From: Cladosporium halotolerans
Lineage: Eukaryota
Length of the DNA stretch: 64,000 nucleotides
Direction: 5' to 3'
Assembly (NCBI RefSeq): GCF_011745625.1
Contig: NW_027191459.1
Coordinates: 372,001-436,000, forward strand
Shown: one piece after another, positions 11,620 through 23,347 of the stretch
Numbering within the stretch: the first letter of the stretch is position 1
How the letters are laid out: every line of letters begins with the position of its first letter
Position numbers and translations under genes: made by a program
The notes under the pieces: generated by a model
What the model was told of the DNA's origin: nothing
Databases searched by the model: none
The model's input: the letters and a program-made list of their open reading frames with translations, nothing else

Positions 11620-14600
11620 AAGACAGGCGAGATGCGCACGCGCGCGCGCGCCGATTTGGTTGTTTCCCCGCCGACCCGGCTTCAATCTCTGTGAAACGTC
11701 TTCTACCTGATACTGGCGACATGCACGCCATATGTACATGTCATGCACGACAGGGACGGCGCTTGTCGTGCAGAACGCAGCGTGTCAACCTGCGACCTTC
11801 ACGCAATCGCGGTGGGGTCCTGTCAATCTGATACTGGCGTGAAGATGCGAGCTTAGCGTGTGTAGCAGGATGTAGTGGGCCATTGCTCGCTTGGTGAAGG
11901 TGAAAATACGCGATGTTAGCCGACGTTCGCACGAAGATCAAAGAATTGATGCGAAAATACTGCCGACCTGCCTGTCGTTCCTTAACGAAAAGAGGCACCG
12001 AACGACAGCGTCACGGAGTTGATTCGGCGTGGGGATCATCAATGCTCCGTGCGAACTCGGCCAGGATTGCGATCTTCGAACCGGGGGATTTTTGGAATGC
12101 CGAGGAAACTGGGATTGTAGAACGATCGCATGGCAAGTGCCGTGAGCTTTGAACGACACGGACGATACGAACGAAGAAAAGAAAATTCTTAGTGCTAGTC
12201 AGACGGCAAAAGCATCTAGGAAACCTGCTCAGAATATGGCATCATTTCGCTAGCACACAGCCTGGGCCTTTCTGTCACGGCGTCACAAAACCTGTTTGTG
12301 ACAGTGCTTGGCGGTAAACCGCGTTGCTCGTGGATCGTAGATATTCGTATGCCCCGCGGCCATCCGCGTCCTGCCATGCCTGCGGGCATTGGCAACGGCG
12401 GGAGTGCAGGATCGTGAAAGCAAAACGAGAAGGATGCCCAAAAGCCAACGCGTTCTTGCGACGTCATGGATGGGAAAGTTTGGAAAGACAGAAAGGCTGT
12501 CTCCTCGAATAGTGCGAGCTTGCGGAGTCAAATGGGCCTTGGGCAGCGAGGGCAGCACCCGCTGACTACTGCGCGTCGTACATACATGGCAACGGCGTGA
12601 CGGTTTGAAGGTCAGCAGGGCTGTGCTGGTCGAGCTGGTGACAAAGTGTTCTACCAAAACCTTGGGATGCGAGCCTGCCCAAACGTCGGCGCGTAACGTC
12701 GATTTCGCTCAGCTACGCGTAATAGCGAGGCGAGCAGTATAGGGAGCGGACGGGAGATCCAGTGGTTGGTAGCGTGGCTGAGGAGCGCGCTCCGCGGCGA
12801 TCATCGCTCCTTGCGCCATGAAATTTCTCCAAGAGGCAACTGGGACTGGTCGTCCACGCACACATGACGGCTGTCTGAGCCGTTCCGCCCAGCAAATACG
12901 AGCAGGTGCCGTGGTGTTCGCAGACGGTACCGACGCGGCGGCGCTGCGGTGGGTTTGGAAGGATTTACGGTGTGAAACAGGCGTCGTCGAATGGCATGGC
13001 AGAACGGGCGTCTGCATGTTCGTGGCACAGGTGGTGGTGTGCCGTCTGGCGTGCGATCCCGATTCGGTTCACAACTTGCCTGTTCCTGTGCCGTCTCGAC
13101 GTGGGATGCCGCAGGCTGCCGTGGGCTGCCACATTTGCAAACCGTATTCGCATAGTCGATGACCACGATGATAGCGCCGCAATGCGCCAGCCGACCGTAT
13201 ACGTGGCTTTTCAGACGATTGGTGATGCGCAGACTGCTAGGGCCGAGCGGCCGATAGCCTTGTCAGTATTGAGGCTAATGGCTGGGCAGATCCAGGATCG
13301 AGCAGCGCGAGGCACCCGACCCTTCGGTTGCGCGACGTTTGTGATCTATTCATGGAGGGGACGGTCGTGTCGCCGTGATGGTGAGAAGATTAATCATGAC
13401 AGCCACGCGAGAGTTTTGGCAGCCTAAGGGCATCGTAAGGGCATCACCACACCAGGCACGCAGCGGATTTGGAGGCCGCGGCTGGAGAGATGAAACGGGC
13501 CTTCAGCCTCGCACTAAGCCAGTCCTTCCGCGGAGTGGGATGGTCAATTAATCATGCGCAGAGCAATCAATGCACAATTTGCGCGGCACTGAAACTGTGA
13601 CAAGCCAGCTGGTTTGCAACACACACCAGAAGCTTCTCCCTCAATAACGCGGTTCGTGGTGGATACTAGGTGAGGCGATCTGTGAGGGCTCCATCGCAAC
13701 GCACAGCCGACACGACACGATCAGCAGGGGCGCGCAGCCGGGGCAGACGACGATGCGCGGATTGACAGGAGAGCATGCCACGGCGTGGTCTCACGTCGCC
13801 CTGCCGACGCTCCGACACGCGACCCTTTGCGCACCCGCAGAGCGACACCGCTCGACGTGCTGATGTCAGGCCCCGGACTATCGAAATGCTGTCTCTGGCA
13901 TTATTGGTGCGGCCGTCGCCAAGTTTTGTCACGCCCGCTTCTAAAAGGGGCACGAGGGGCTCTCGTCGACCCACTGCTCTCACTCCTCCCGCCGGTGGGC
14001 GCTTGCAGGGGTACCGGGGTTGGCGGCCACGTGCCAGCGCCGCCCGTGCCCGAACTCACGGCGGCATGCGGGCGCTGCTTGCTGCATGCTTAGCCGGCAG
14101 ATGCGCCAGTCAGACGCCTCCCGCGCAGCAAATGAACACTCGATACGCTACGACATGGCCGGTCAGTCCTGGCGACCGTTGTCCCGCCGCCCGTACCTGC
14201 CTGGCGGTAACGCATGGCGTTCGGCATCAGGCCAACGTTTGATGCTTTCCCAGCGTCTGACGGCGTCTGGCGTCTCGGCTCTCGCCTGGCAACATTCGAG
14301 CCCGCGCCAACAAAGCAGCCTGCGAGCGCCACTGGCGGTCTGTCTTCTCGAAGGCAGATCATTCGCAGACCGCCACCGCGCGACCGGGGACGCACTTCTT
14401 CTCCCGCTCTTCTCCCGCCAGTCGTGCAATGAAAGCTCGGCCGCATGCTGCACCGCGAGCCTCACGCCCAATTTGCCACTCGAACCATTCGTCGCGAGCG
14501 GACCGGGGTCCATTAGTCAACCGAGGCAGCCGGGGCCTGAAACTTGCAGCAGATCTGGTGCGCCCGCCCTCGCGCAGAAGAAAATAACGAGACGTTTGGG

Positions 14601-15695
14601 ATCGCGAGTCCCTTGACCCACTGCCCCTGGGCACGGTGGACGTCCAGCGCCAGGCGCAAGGCCAGTGTTTCGGGCTGCCCGCGGGCGCCCGCGTGTTCGC
14701 ATGGCCGAGCAAACTCTGTTCCTGTCACCGTGCTTGTGGCACACGCTTTTGACTTTTGTGCCTGCATGGCTCACATCGCCCGCGCCGGCGATCAGGGTTC
14801 TTGGTGCTCGTGTTCGCACCACCGCTACTGGCGGTGGTGAGACACGCAGCCGCGGCACTCCGCCTGGAGCCGTTGCCTCTGCCACGCTGCAGAGCGACTA
14901 TCGGGGAGATCGCGCGGGCGTATAGCGGTCGAGCGTCTATAATGGAGCGTTTGCGCCACGGTACTTACCGCGGTGGCTCTGCGGATGATGCGTGCAAGCA
15001 CGCGTCCCGCGGCCTCGCCGGCCGGCTGGTCGAAGACTGCTGAAACTCTCGCGACGGCTAGTGCTGACCGCGGGCATGGGCGGCACCGCATTGATCTGGC
15101 GGGCGTGTCATGTGCGAGGGCGGGCGGGAGGCTTGCGTCTGGAGAGCAGGCGTGGGCAGGCGGCTGCGCTGTCAGCCCTGCGCGGAGTCAGACGCCCGCC
15201 AGTTTTAGCCCCGGCCAGCGAGCGGCGGCTGCTGCTGGGCGCTCGGCCTCCTATTCCCAGGCACCACCTGAGCAGCAGGCACAGCGCAGGCTCAGGCTCA
15301 GGCACGGGCAGGCACACGGCCGCCCTCACCGCCCGCGCGGATCCAGGGCTAGTTGCCTTGGTCTGCCGTGCTTGCATCATGGGAAATGACGCCCTGCGCT
15401 GACCACGCCCGCGCTCGCCAGCTATATCTATTCCGGAGCCCTCCTGCACTCCTCCTGCCCGCCCTACCATCCAACCAACCAACTTACCACCGCCAGCACC
15501 AGCCTGCCGCCGCCAGCTACGACGTCTCACATCGGCCTCTAATACCACACCTCATCCGCTACCACGGGCTACTCTCCTCTCTTCCGAGATCTCCAACGCC
15601 AACGTCTGCTGCTGCCGGCCTCCCTCGCTGCAGCCAACCGCCACCCACCACCACTACCCCTCCGTCGACTACTCCAGTCGTCACCAAACATCACA

Positions 15696-15767
15696 ATGCC
15701 TGCCGCCAGCTTTCCGCCCTGCCCTGGCCCTCCCCCCACCAGGCCGCTGCCTCCTCTCCCCAAATGA
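15696..15767 (+). CDS. Candidate 23-aa proline-rich micropeptide MPAASFPPCPGPPPTRPLPPLPK
   Basis: Strong fungal Kozak context (acatcacaATG); first ATG after a TATA-like site (~15423) and a ~300-nt ATG-free C-rich leader; contains class I SH3 ligand RPLPPLP. Confidence 0.6.
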   Translation: MPAASFPPCPGPPPTRPLPPLPK

Positions 15768-17077
15768 GCGCGCAATGGTGCACCACGCCCTCTCGCGCCC
15801 TAGGCCCACTGCCGGCGGAGGACCACGCTACATCGCCCATGAACGATCACGGCTCTCTTCTCTCACGACATCGATCATCGATATCTCGGTCGTTATCACA
15901 GCGTCCACGACTTCGATCACCATTTTTTGGCTGCCTCCAGCCCTGGACGTCGATCAAGCCATTGACCACTCCACCCGCGCGTTTGCCGCGCTGCCCACGC
16001 TGATTGGCTCCGCACTCGGCCCCAGGCAGCCCCATCCCACGCCGGGCGTGAATCACACATGGCCGCCCAACTCCACTCGCTTGCATCGCATTTGCATGCC
16101 TGCGCTACTCAGCTATCTCTCGCATCTGCGCAGTCCATCCCGCCTACCCACTGCCAGCTTGCATGTGACCAGGCAGGCCTGTCACCTCACTGAGTCATCG
16201 ACGTCGCCTTTCTATCCCGTCTACTCGTCACCACCCGCTCTCACCGCCCGGTGCTTTCGGTCACTATTACACCATTCTAATCGACTCTTACTCCGCTCGG
16301 AACTTCCACGTCAAGCGTGGCTGCTGGACAGTTTCCGAGGCTTTCTCCCTGCTCCCCCGTCTGTGGGGCTTGCAGCATTTATCTTTTTGTAATGGGTGCA
16401 GTGTTCCTACAAGGGCGCACCACCCCGGGCTTGACCATCGTCGCTCGCTCTTTCTATTCCCTTTCGTTCATGGAGTTTGGCATCGGATGGATATATACCC
16501 AATGGCTGCAGCAGCATACATGCGCGCCTCATCTTGATAGTACCTTTTAGTATCTACTGCCGAGCTTTTAGGCTCGTTTTTCATCTACCCAATCTTCTTT
16601 CATCATCTCCACAACTCTGTCTCCGCTCTCATGTCATGTCTCGATGGTGTTGGGCTCCATCACGAAATAACCTTCGCTCAGCAGGTCTGGGTTGCGTCCA
16701 GCCCGCTTAATCACCACGCGGCTCGGCGTGTACAACCGTCCGCATCCGCAAGCATGCTATCAAACCTTTTATTCAGTCAAAGCTTCCATCACACATCTGA
16801 TACACGAAGGACGATTGTCTAGATCTTTGTGTCGAAGGCGGTCTTCCCATTCGAATCACCGCTCGTCGCCCCGCTAGGGTTGGCGGAACGCTGATTATCA
16901 AGCGTGATGGCTGTGACATCACAACTTTGATGGCGATCTCATTGGAGACTTCAAGACGGGCATAATCTAATGTCTGCATCTATTTGATCAATTAAGCAGT
17001 GTTTGTGCTCGTTGTTGAAACAGCTAGGAAGTTTTCGAAGAATCCAGGCCAAATCCGTCACAAAAGGAATCATCATC

Positions 17078-18164
17078 ATGTCTCTGCAAGGACAGGTCGC
17101 GCTTCTGGTATTGAGGCCCAATCTCCGACCTACCTGACTTGGATTCCCTGAGTACTGACCTTCGCAACCAGACCGGGGCCTCCATGGGCATTGGCGAAGC
17201 ATGCGCTTTCGCATTGGCAGAGCAGGGCGCCAATCTCGTGCTCGTCTCAAGATCAGCTGTACAGTTCCAATTCATAGTAGCCGTCTAGACCCATTGATAC
17301 CAACACCCGCCAGGACAAGCTATCCGCTCTGCAAAAGAAGCTTCAAGATGCCCATCCCAAGAGCAAGATCATCTACAAAGCAGCCGACGTCGGCGACTAC
17401 CAAGCCGTCGACGCAGCCGTCGCCTCCGCCGTCGAACAGCTCGGCAAAATCGACATCCTCATCAACAATGTGAGCAGCATAATCCGGCATCCTCATGCTC
17501 TGAGAACACCACCACCCGAACAAAAAAACTAACCAACCCCACCAGGCCGGCCTCGCCCTCAACGCCCCCTCCCCCTTCCACGCCCTCCCCGTCTCCGCAA
17601 TCGACACCATGAACGCCACCAACGTCTCCGGCTACATGTACGCCGCGCACGCCGTCCTCAACCGCGCCATGCTCTCCCCCTCCGCCAGCGGCCGCGGCAC
17701 CATCCTCAACATCACGTCCACGACCGCCCACGAAGCCCCGCCCTTCCCCGGCGAGGCCGTCTACCACGCCAACAAAGCCTGCCAGGAGGGCTTCACGAAC
17801 TCGCTGCGGAACGAGCTGAGCGGCACGGACGTGAGGGTCCTGGCGCTGAGGCCGGGCGTCGTCGCGGGGCATTTTCATCGGCAGAGGGTTGGCGGGGATG
17901 AGGGGGCTTACGAGGGGTTTATGGAGGGGTTTGAGTATGCCTTGCTATCCGATAGCGTGGAGTCCCCTGTTGTTGTTGAGAGTGGAAAGCTGACGTGATG
18001 TGATTTGCAGGCCGCTTGTTGCTGAAGAAGTCGCGAAATCGGCTGTTTGGGTGTTGTCGCAGCCGGAGAAGATTTCGATCAAGGCGTTGGATGTTGTGCC
18101 GTCGGCGCAAAGGAGTTTGAATGTTTTTGATAGGAAGTGGAATGAGAGGCATCAGGACGCCTAG
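17078..18164 (+). CDS. Short-chain dehydrogenase/reductase (YdfG/YMR226C-like 3-hydroxyacid dehydrogenase type), 5 exons
   Basis: Spliced VALL|TGASMGIG, IDILINN|AGLAL and catalytic YHANK; four GT-AG introns; stop at 18162-18164. Confidence 0.88.
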
Positions 18165-18804
18165 ATCGTGGCTTGGATGCTGCGATCTCTCTTACATTGA
18201 ACAGATAGATACGAGCGCGCGAGAACATAGTGTATGGATAATTCCCTACCATCTCCACATGGAATTCATTTGCGATGTTGGAAATGGGAAAAGCCTAGTG
18301 AACGAAGACTGAAGAGCATTTTGGTTCGTTTTGTGAGTTCGAAAAGGATAGTCATTTGAATGTGCGTACCCTATCGTCTGTTGTATATTTCACTTGCCGC
18401 GTGCACGGGCCACATCCACGGCACACAAGCTGAGCCAACTCGTCCTCCATCCCGCGCACGTCAGAGGCTCCTCGCCAGCCGAGTCGCTACAGCAAACATG
18501 CACACTAATAAGCCCAGCATTTGACTTCGCCTGCGCATCTACCACCGACACCCACCGCGACCAAAGCATGCGCTTTTGTTGTCACGGTCTCCTTCTGCCG
18601 CGCTCCACAGCGCCTGCTGCTCCACGATGAGTGAATGAACGAGAAACTCCGCAACCCGCGCATGGAACCTTCCGCGCATGCCATAGCACCACGGAACCCT
18701 GATCAAGCATTCCATATGAACATCCTTTGACGTCCTCGCGGCGACACAGAAAATCCCAAACATCCTTACGATCGCTCCCCAACACACTGCGAAACCCCGC
18801 CGCT

Positions 18805-20203
18805 ATGCAGCGCAACCCTCGCTCTCGCCCCGTGTCGCAGCACGGCGCTTCGCCCGCCGCCGGACAGCCGCAACAGGGCAGAAAAGTGTTCAATTGCATC
18901 GTCGACGACACCGCCCTCGTGGCCGGTGTGAAAAAGAGCACGCGCAATGGTATCAGGCAGTGGGTAAAGAACGGGCAGATCCGGCTTTTCGTGCCGCTTC
19001 ATGGTATGCTTGGAACCGGGTGAACAACAAGAAGCGTGCCGATCGCGCAGGCGCTGACTATATTTCTAAGCCCTCGAACAACTCAGCCGCCAGAAGGGCG
19101 CAAGTAACCGTCATGGTGAGGACGTGCGCGACACGCTAGAATGGCTCGACGACGCGACTTCGAAATACCCGCATATAGTCACCTTGCAGGGCGCTGAAGA
19201 GACGTACGAGAATTGGTCTGAGGTGGAGCAGTTCGCCGTACCTCGTAGCTTGTTCTCTGAGGCGGATCATGCAAGCGTCGACGAAGACGATCACAGCACC
19301 TCTCAGCTCGAGGAGCAGACCGCACAGAAATTGACCCTGTCGGAGCCGAAGCGGAAGGGCTCCATGAGCTCGAACGCAACTGCTTCCGCGCACTCTGACG
19401 CGCCGTCGTCAATGGAGAGTGTCCGCTCGAGCCTCAGTGCTGTCTCTCCGCCCACGTCGCCTCTCAAGCCTCTGGCATCCAGAGGCAATGAAGCGGTCTC
19501 CAGCGGTAAATCCAATGGTCAGCTCTCCAACAGCGGAAGCGTGCCTGTTCGCCTTCAGCCTCTTTTCAACTACATTCTCTGGCGTATCCATCAGGAAATC
19601 AACCCCGCGGCGGCACTGGAGACCTTCATCTTCCTCTGCAACGATCCCTCGAAGACGAATGCCGCGAAAGGATTCGACATTCGCAGTAAGCGCCTTGAGC
19701 AACTTCGTGATGTCGTTGGTCGTGAGGACCGCGAGTACAGAAACCGCCTGAGCGTACTGAATATGGAAGGCCAGCAGCAAAATGCGACTGCACCAGCCGC
19801 GAACAACACCAAAGCACCGAAATCCCCGCCGACTGCCCCGGCCGCTATGCTCGGTCAGCAGGGTGCAGTGATGGATCCTGATGCCTTCAGCCGCACCGTC
19901 CAGGCTCCCAACAAATCCACCCCAGCTGCTCCGTCGAGCCCGCGGGCAGCCCACGCCCAGCCCGGCCGTGGTGCTTCTCGAGGCAACTTCCGCGGCAGCC
20001 CTCGTGGCAGAGGCGGCTTCGCCAACGGCCCTGCTGCCGCCAACCGCGGCGGGTATAGTTCTCCAGCGGCTCGCCGCGGTGGGGCTGCTGCTGCTGCGCA
20101 GATGGACGGCCAGATCGATCCCAACAGCTTCGAGCGTCCGCGTGGCGGATATACTGGACGTGGCGGCGCTGCTGCCGGGAGGAAACTTTGGGTTCCCACT
20201 TGA
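18805..20203 (+). CDS. PIN-like domain protein with C-terminal RGG-rich tail (intron 19004-19070)
   Basis: N-terminal CIVDDTAL...LFVPLH|ALEQL fits the PIN pattern (hhDT...hhhP..hh.EL); later FLCND; RGG repeats at the C-terminus. Confidence 0.75.
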
Positions 20204-21462
20204 TAACGCGGCGAACGGGTCTGAAGGATCCGAGCACACAAATCATATCATGAGTGTCTATTGAGGCACATCGCCGTGGGAGCGAAATTCACGACCCCCA
20301 AAACAAGGCACACAAACGCTGTGAACTGTCGCGGCAGTATCCTGAGCGTCAGTGAAACGGAGGTCGAACGGAGAGCGTACTCATTGGCGCCACCTGGCTC
20401 TTGACCGGTGTGGATGTCGAGGCACCCGGCACAGCATGGCGCTGCAACCCGTTCGTTACAGAGCTCGACTGGAGCTGAGAGCAATGACTGCCCTGCGGAA
20501 AACGGATGGGAAGCGATGAGAAGTGCGAGAATGTATGGCTGTGTCTTTTCGAATTCGGCAGAGGTGCAAAATCGGCGGTTGCTTTTCTGGGTCTCACACA
20601 CATTGGACGATAGTAGCGGTTGGAGAGGACCGGAGACGGCCGAGTACGTACAGCGAGCGGTGCTACCTGCGTGTGATGTTTCAAAAGCGAGAGTTGCTTT
20701 CACGATCGATCTTTGGAATCATGTTTTCCTGCTTTATGACTGCGAGGTCCAATTGCTCGGTGCGTTGCCGCGAGAGTGTTACGGGGGCTGATGGAAGGTC
20801 TGTAGAGTCTCACGAGAGGACGATCAAGTGGCTGCTTTGTGTTACGTCTTTCTGTCTTTGTCGGTTTTTGGTCCTCGTCTCGCTTTGAGGCTTGTTCTTT
20901 GATGCTCGTTTGGTGGGGCTGTCTTGTCGCATCGTCGAACCGGTGTCAATCGATCACGGCCGATTATGTCGCTTGCCATGTCGCGTACTGGTGCAATCTT
21001 TGATTCAATCGGTCGCCGCTATTTGGCCGATCCTTTCATCGTTATACCTGAATCCTTTAGCTACACCATACGTCGCTCATGCCTTTCAGCTGCGGGGCGC
21101 CTTGTGACCAAGCGTGCCATCAAAGTTCAACATTTCCGTTGTGGACTGACGTGTCCTTCGTCGTTTGCAGACAAAGGACTGGGAACGTGTATGCTGCTCT
21201 GCGGGCCGGTTGGCCATGCCATGCTACACGTCGATGCCCACCATGTCACACAAGACCTCAGCTCTGAAATCACATCGGTATACTCGTACGAAGGAGCGAA
21301 ACACTCGTACAAGTACCGATGTACAATCCATCGAATGAAAGACATATAAACGTCCCCGCTCCCACCCAACATTCCTTACTCCCAACACGACAACCACCGT
21401 CCTCACAGATCAAAGATAAAATTTCCTCCCAAAACCACCAACACCTCCCAACACCTCCAAAA

Positions 21463-21830
21463 ATGAAACTCCCCATCCTCGCCCTCCTCGCCGCCTTCTC
21501 CCTCACCGCCTCCGCCACCCCCATCGCAGACCCCGACTCCACCACCCTCGAGGCCCGCGACGTCTGCGGCAACGGTTTTCCGGCCTACACGCGCCGCATC
21601 GGCACCAAATGCACCAAGTCGGGCGACGGCCGCGAATATTGCAGCTGCGACAGGGAGAAGATCGTGAGTTTCACTTGCCCACTCGGTTTCGTTGGCCTGG
21701 CGATTGCTGATGAGATGATTCCCTGCAGGTGATTTGCAGGAAGGGCAAGTGGCAAAGCAAGAAGAACTGTAAGCTTGATGGGAAGAAGTGTTTTGGCAAC
21801 CCGAATGGGCTGCTTGCTGTGTGCACTTGA
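21463..21830 (+). CDS. Small secreted 8-Cys protein, Bubble protein/PAFC (class C antifungal protein) family (intron 21664-21728)
   Basis: 100 aa: signal peptide, propeptide ending LEAR, mature DVCGNGFPAYTRRIGTKCTKSGDGREYCSCDREKI|VICRKGKWQSKKNCKLDGKKCFGNPNGLLAVCT; DxCGxG..RR..C..CxCDR..V.C..GKW pattern as in Bubble protein. Confidence 0.88.
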
Positions 21831-22472
21831 GGTATTGGGTGATGGGGGTAGGGGAGAGGGGGGCTTGGCATTGGTTGGCGCGGCAGTTGAGCACGTCGTG
21901 AGGAAGTGATGATCTAGAGTGATGAGAGTATGAAGGCTGCAAAAAGGGACATTCGTTAAGATCAACGGAGAGAAAATCGAACATGGATTGTCGTTCAGTT
22001 CATCTTGAGTTTGAGTCGCTGGATCACTGCTGCGAATGCTGTTTGGTTGGATCTCGTCGTGCCATTCGTGCATCCCATCGAGCTTTTGCGCCAATGCAAC
22101 GATTTTTAGTTCATTGGGTAAGCGAAGTGCTGCGTGCAACAGAAAAGTGCAAGAAAACCGAACGTCGTTGGACTCCGTCGACGGACGAAGCAGTGGGGCT
22201 CACGGAATGTGGAGGGCTGGGGTTGACTTCACCTTCGGAAAGCGGCTTGACGATGTTGATCAAATTTCCTGCGAGCATCGTTAGACGGTCGATTGGGACT
22301 ACAGGGAACCTGTATCGACTGTCTCTTCAACTACATGGAATCAGCTGCTATAGCGATCGATTTCAACCCATCCCAACGCTTTGGATTCCCCATTTCCACC
22401 ACGCAAAACACCTAACATAATCCACCACCTTCGCCTGCCACCAAACGGATACAAACACCGCCAACCCCACCA

Positions 22473-23216
22473 ATGCCAACAATCCTCATAACAGGCGCCG
22501 CCTCCGGCCTCGGCGCCGCTTTCCTCGAAGCCTACCTTACCCACCCCGAAACCACAATCCACGCCCTCGACCGCCACCCAATTCCCACCACCCACGCCAA
22601 CATCCACCCGCACACCCTCGACCTAACGCACGAACCCTCCGTCAACGCCCTCTCCACCTCCCTTTCAACAACCCCCATCGACCTCCTAATCCACAGCGCC
22701 GGCATCCGCGGCCTCGTCCCCGCGCTCGAATCCGCGCACCCAGACTCCGTCGCCGCCGCCGAAACCCTCGCGGGCATGGACGCCGCGACTCTCGCGCGGA
22801 CCTTCGAAATCAACACCATCGCCACGTTCACCCTCCTCCGCGCATTCCTGCCCAGCTTGCTGCTCGCGCGGGACCCGAAAGCGATCGTGATGTCTTCCCG
22901 CATGGGCAGCGTGTCCCTCAATGCGCCCCTGAGGCCGGACGGGACGCCGAACCCGGCTGCGGGCGGCGCGTACGCGTATAGGGCTAGCAAGGCGGCGCTG
23001 AATGCGATCGTGAGGAGTTTTGCGGTCGATGTGCCTGGTGTGACGTTCGTGCTGTGTCATCCGGGGAGGGTGGAGACGGGGTTGGTTAGGGGGAGGGAGG
23101 AGGGGGCGATTGAGGCTGGCGAGAGTATGAGGGGGATTGTGAGGTTGATTGGGGGTTGGGGGAAGGGGGAGAGTGGGGGGTTTTTTGATCGGTTTGGGGA
23201 GAGGATCGAATGGTGA
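22473..23216 (+). CDS. Short-chain dehydrogenase/reductase (CsgA/C-factor-like)
   Basis: ILITGAASGLG, SSRMGS, YRASK and HPGRVET motifs; intronless 247 aa. Confidence 0.92.
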   Translation: MPTILITGAASGLGAAFLEAYLTHPETTIHALDRHPIPTTHANIHPHTLDLTHEPSVNALSTSLSTTPIDLLIHSAGIRGLVPALESAHPDSVAAAETLAGMDAATLARTFEINTIATFTLLRAFLPSLLLARDPKAIVMSSRMGSVSLNAPLRPDGTPNPAAGGAYAYRASKAALNAIVRSFAVDVPGVTFVLCHPGRVETGLVRGREEGAIEAGESMRGIVRLIGGWGKGESGGFFDRFGERIEW

Positions 23217-23347
23217 TGTGAGGAGGTGGATGGGAAAATTGGGGAGGCTGGTGGTTATGATAGACGATCACAATTAAAGATATAGCTGTACGAAAGGGAA
23301 GAAGAACAAGAGAGCGTGAGCGTCCGGACGGGTCTCTTCCCCCGCCT

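Noticed and set aside
12700..15550. Many 100-200 aa ORFs in the first desert
   Set aside because: Overlap in all frames with random-like composition and no coherent exon structure
15775..16392. 205-aa ORF starting 8 nt after the micropeptide stop
   Set aside because: No recognisable domain or codon bias and UTR-like composition; not fully excluded, in which case the 23-aa ORF would be a uORF
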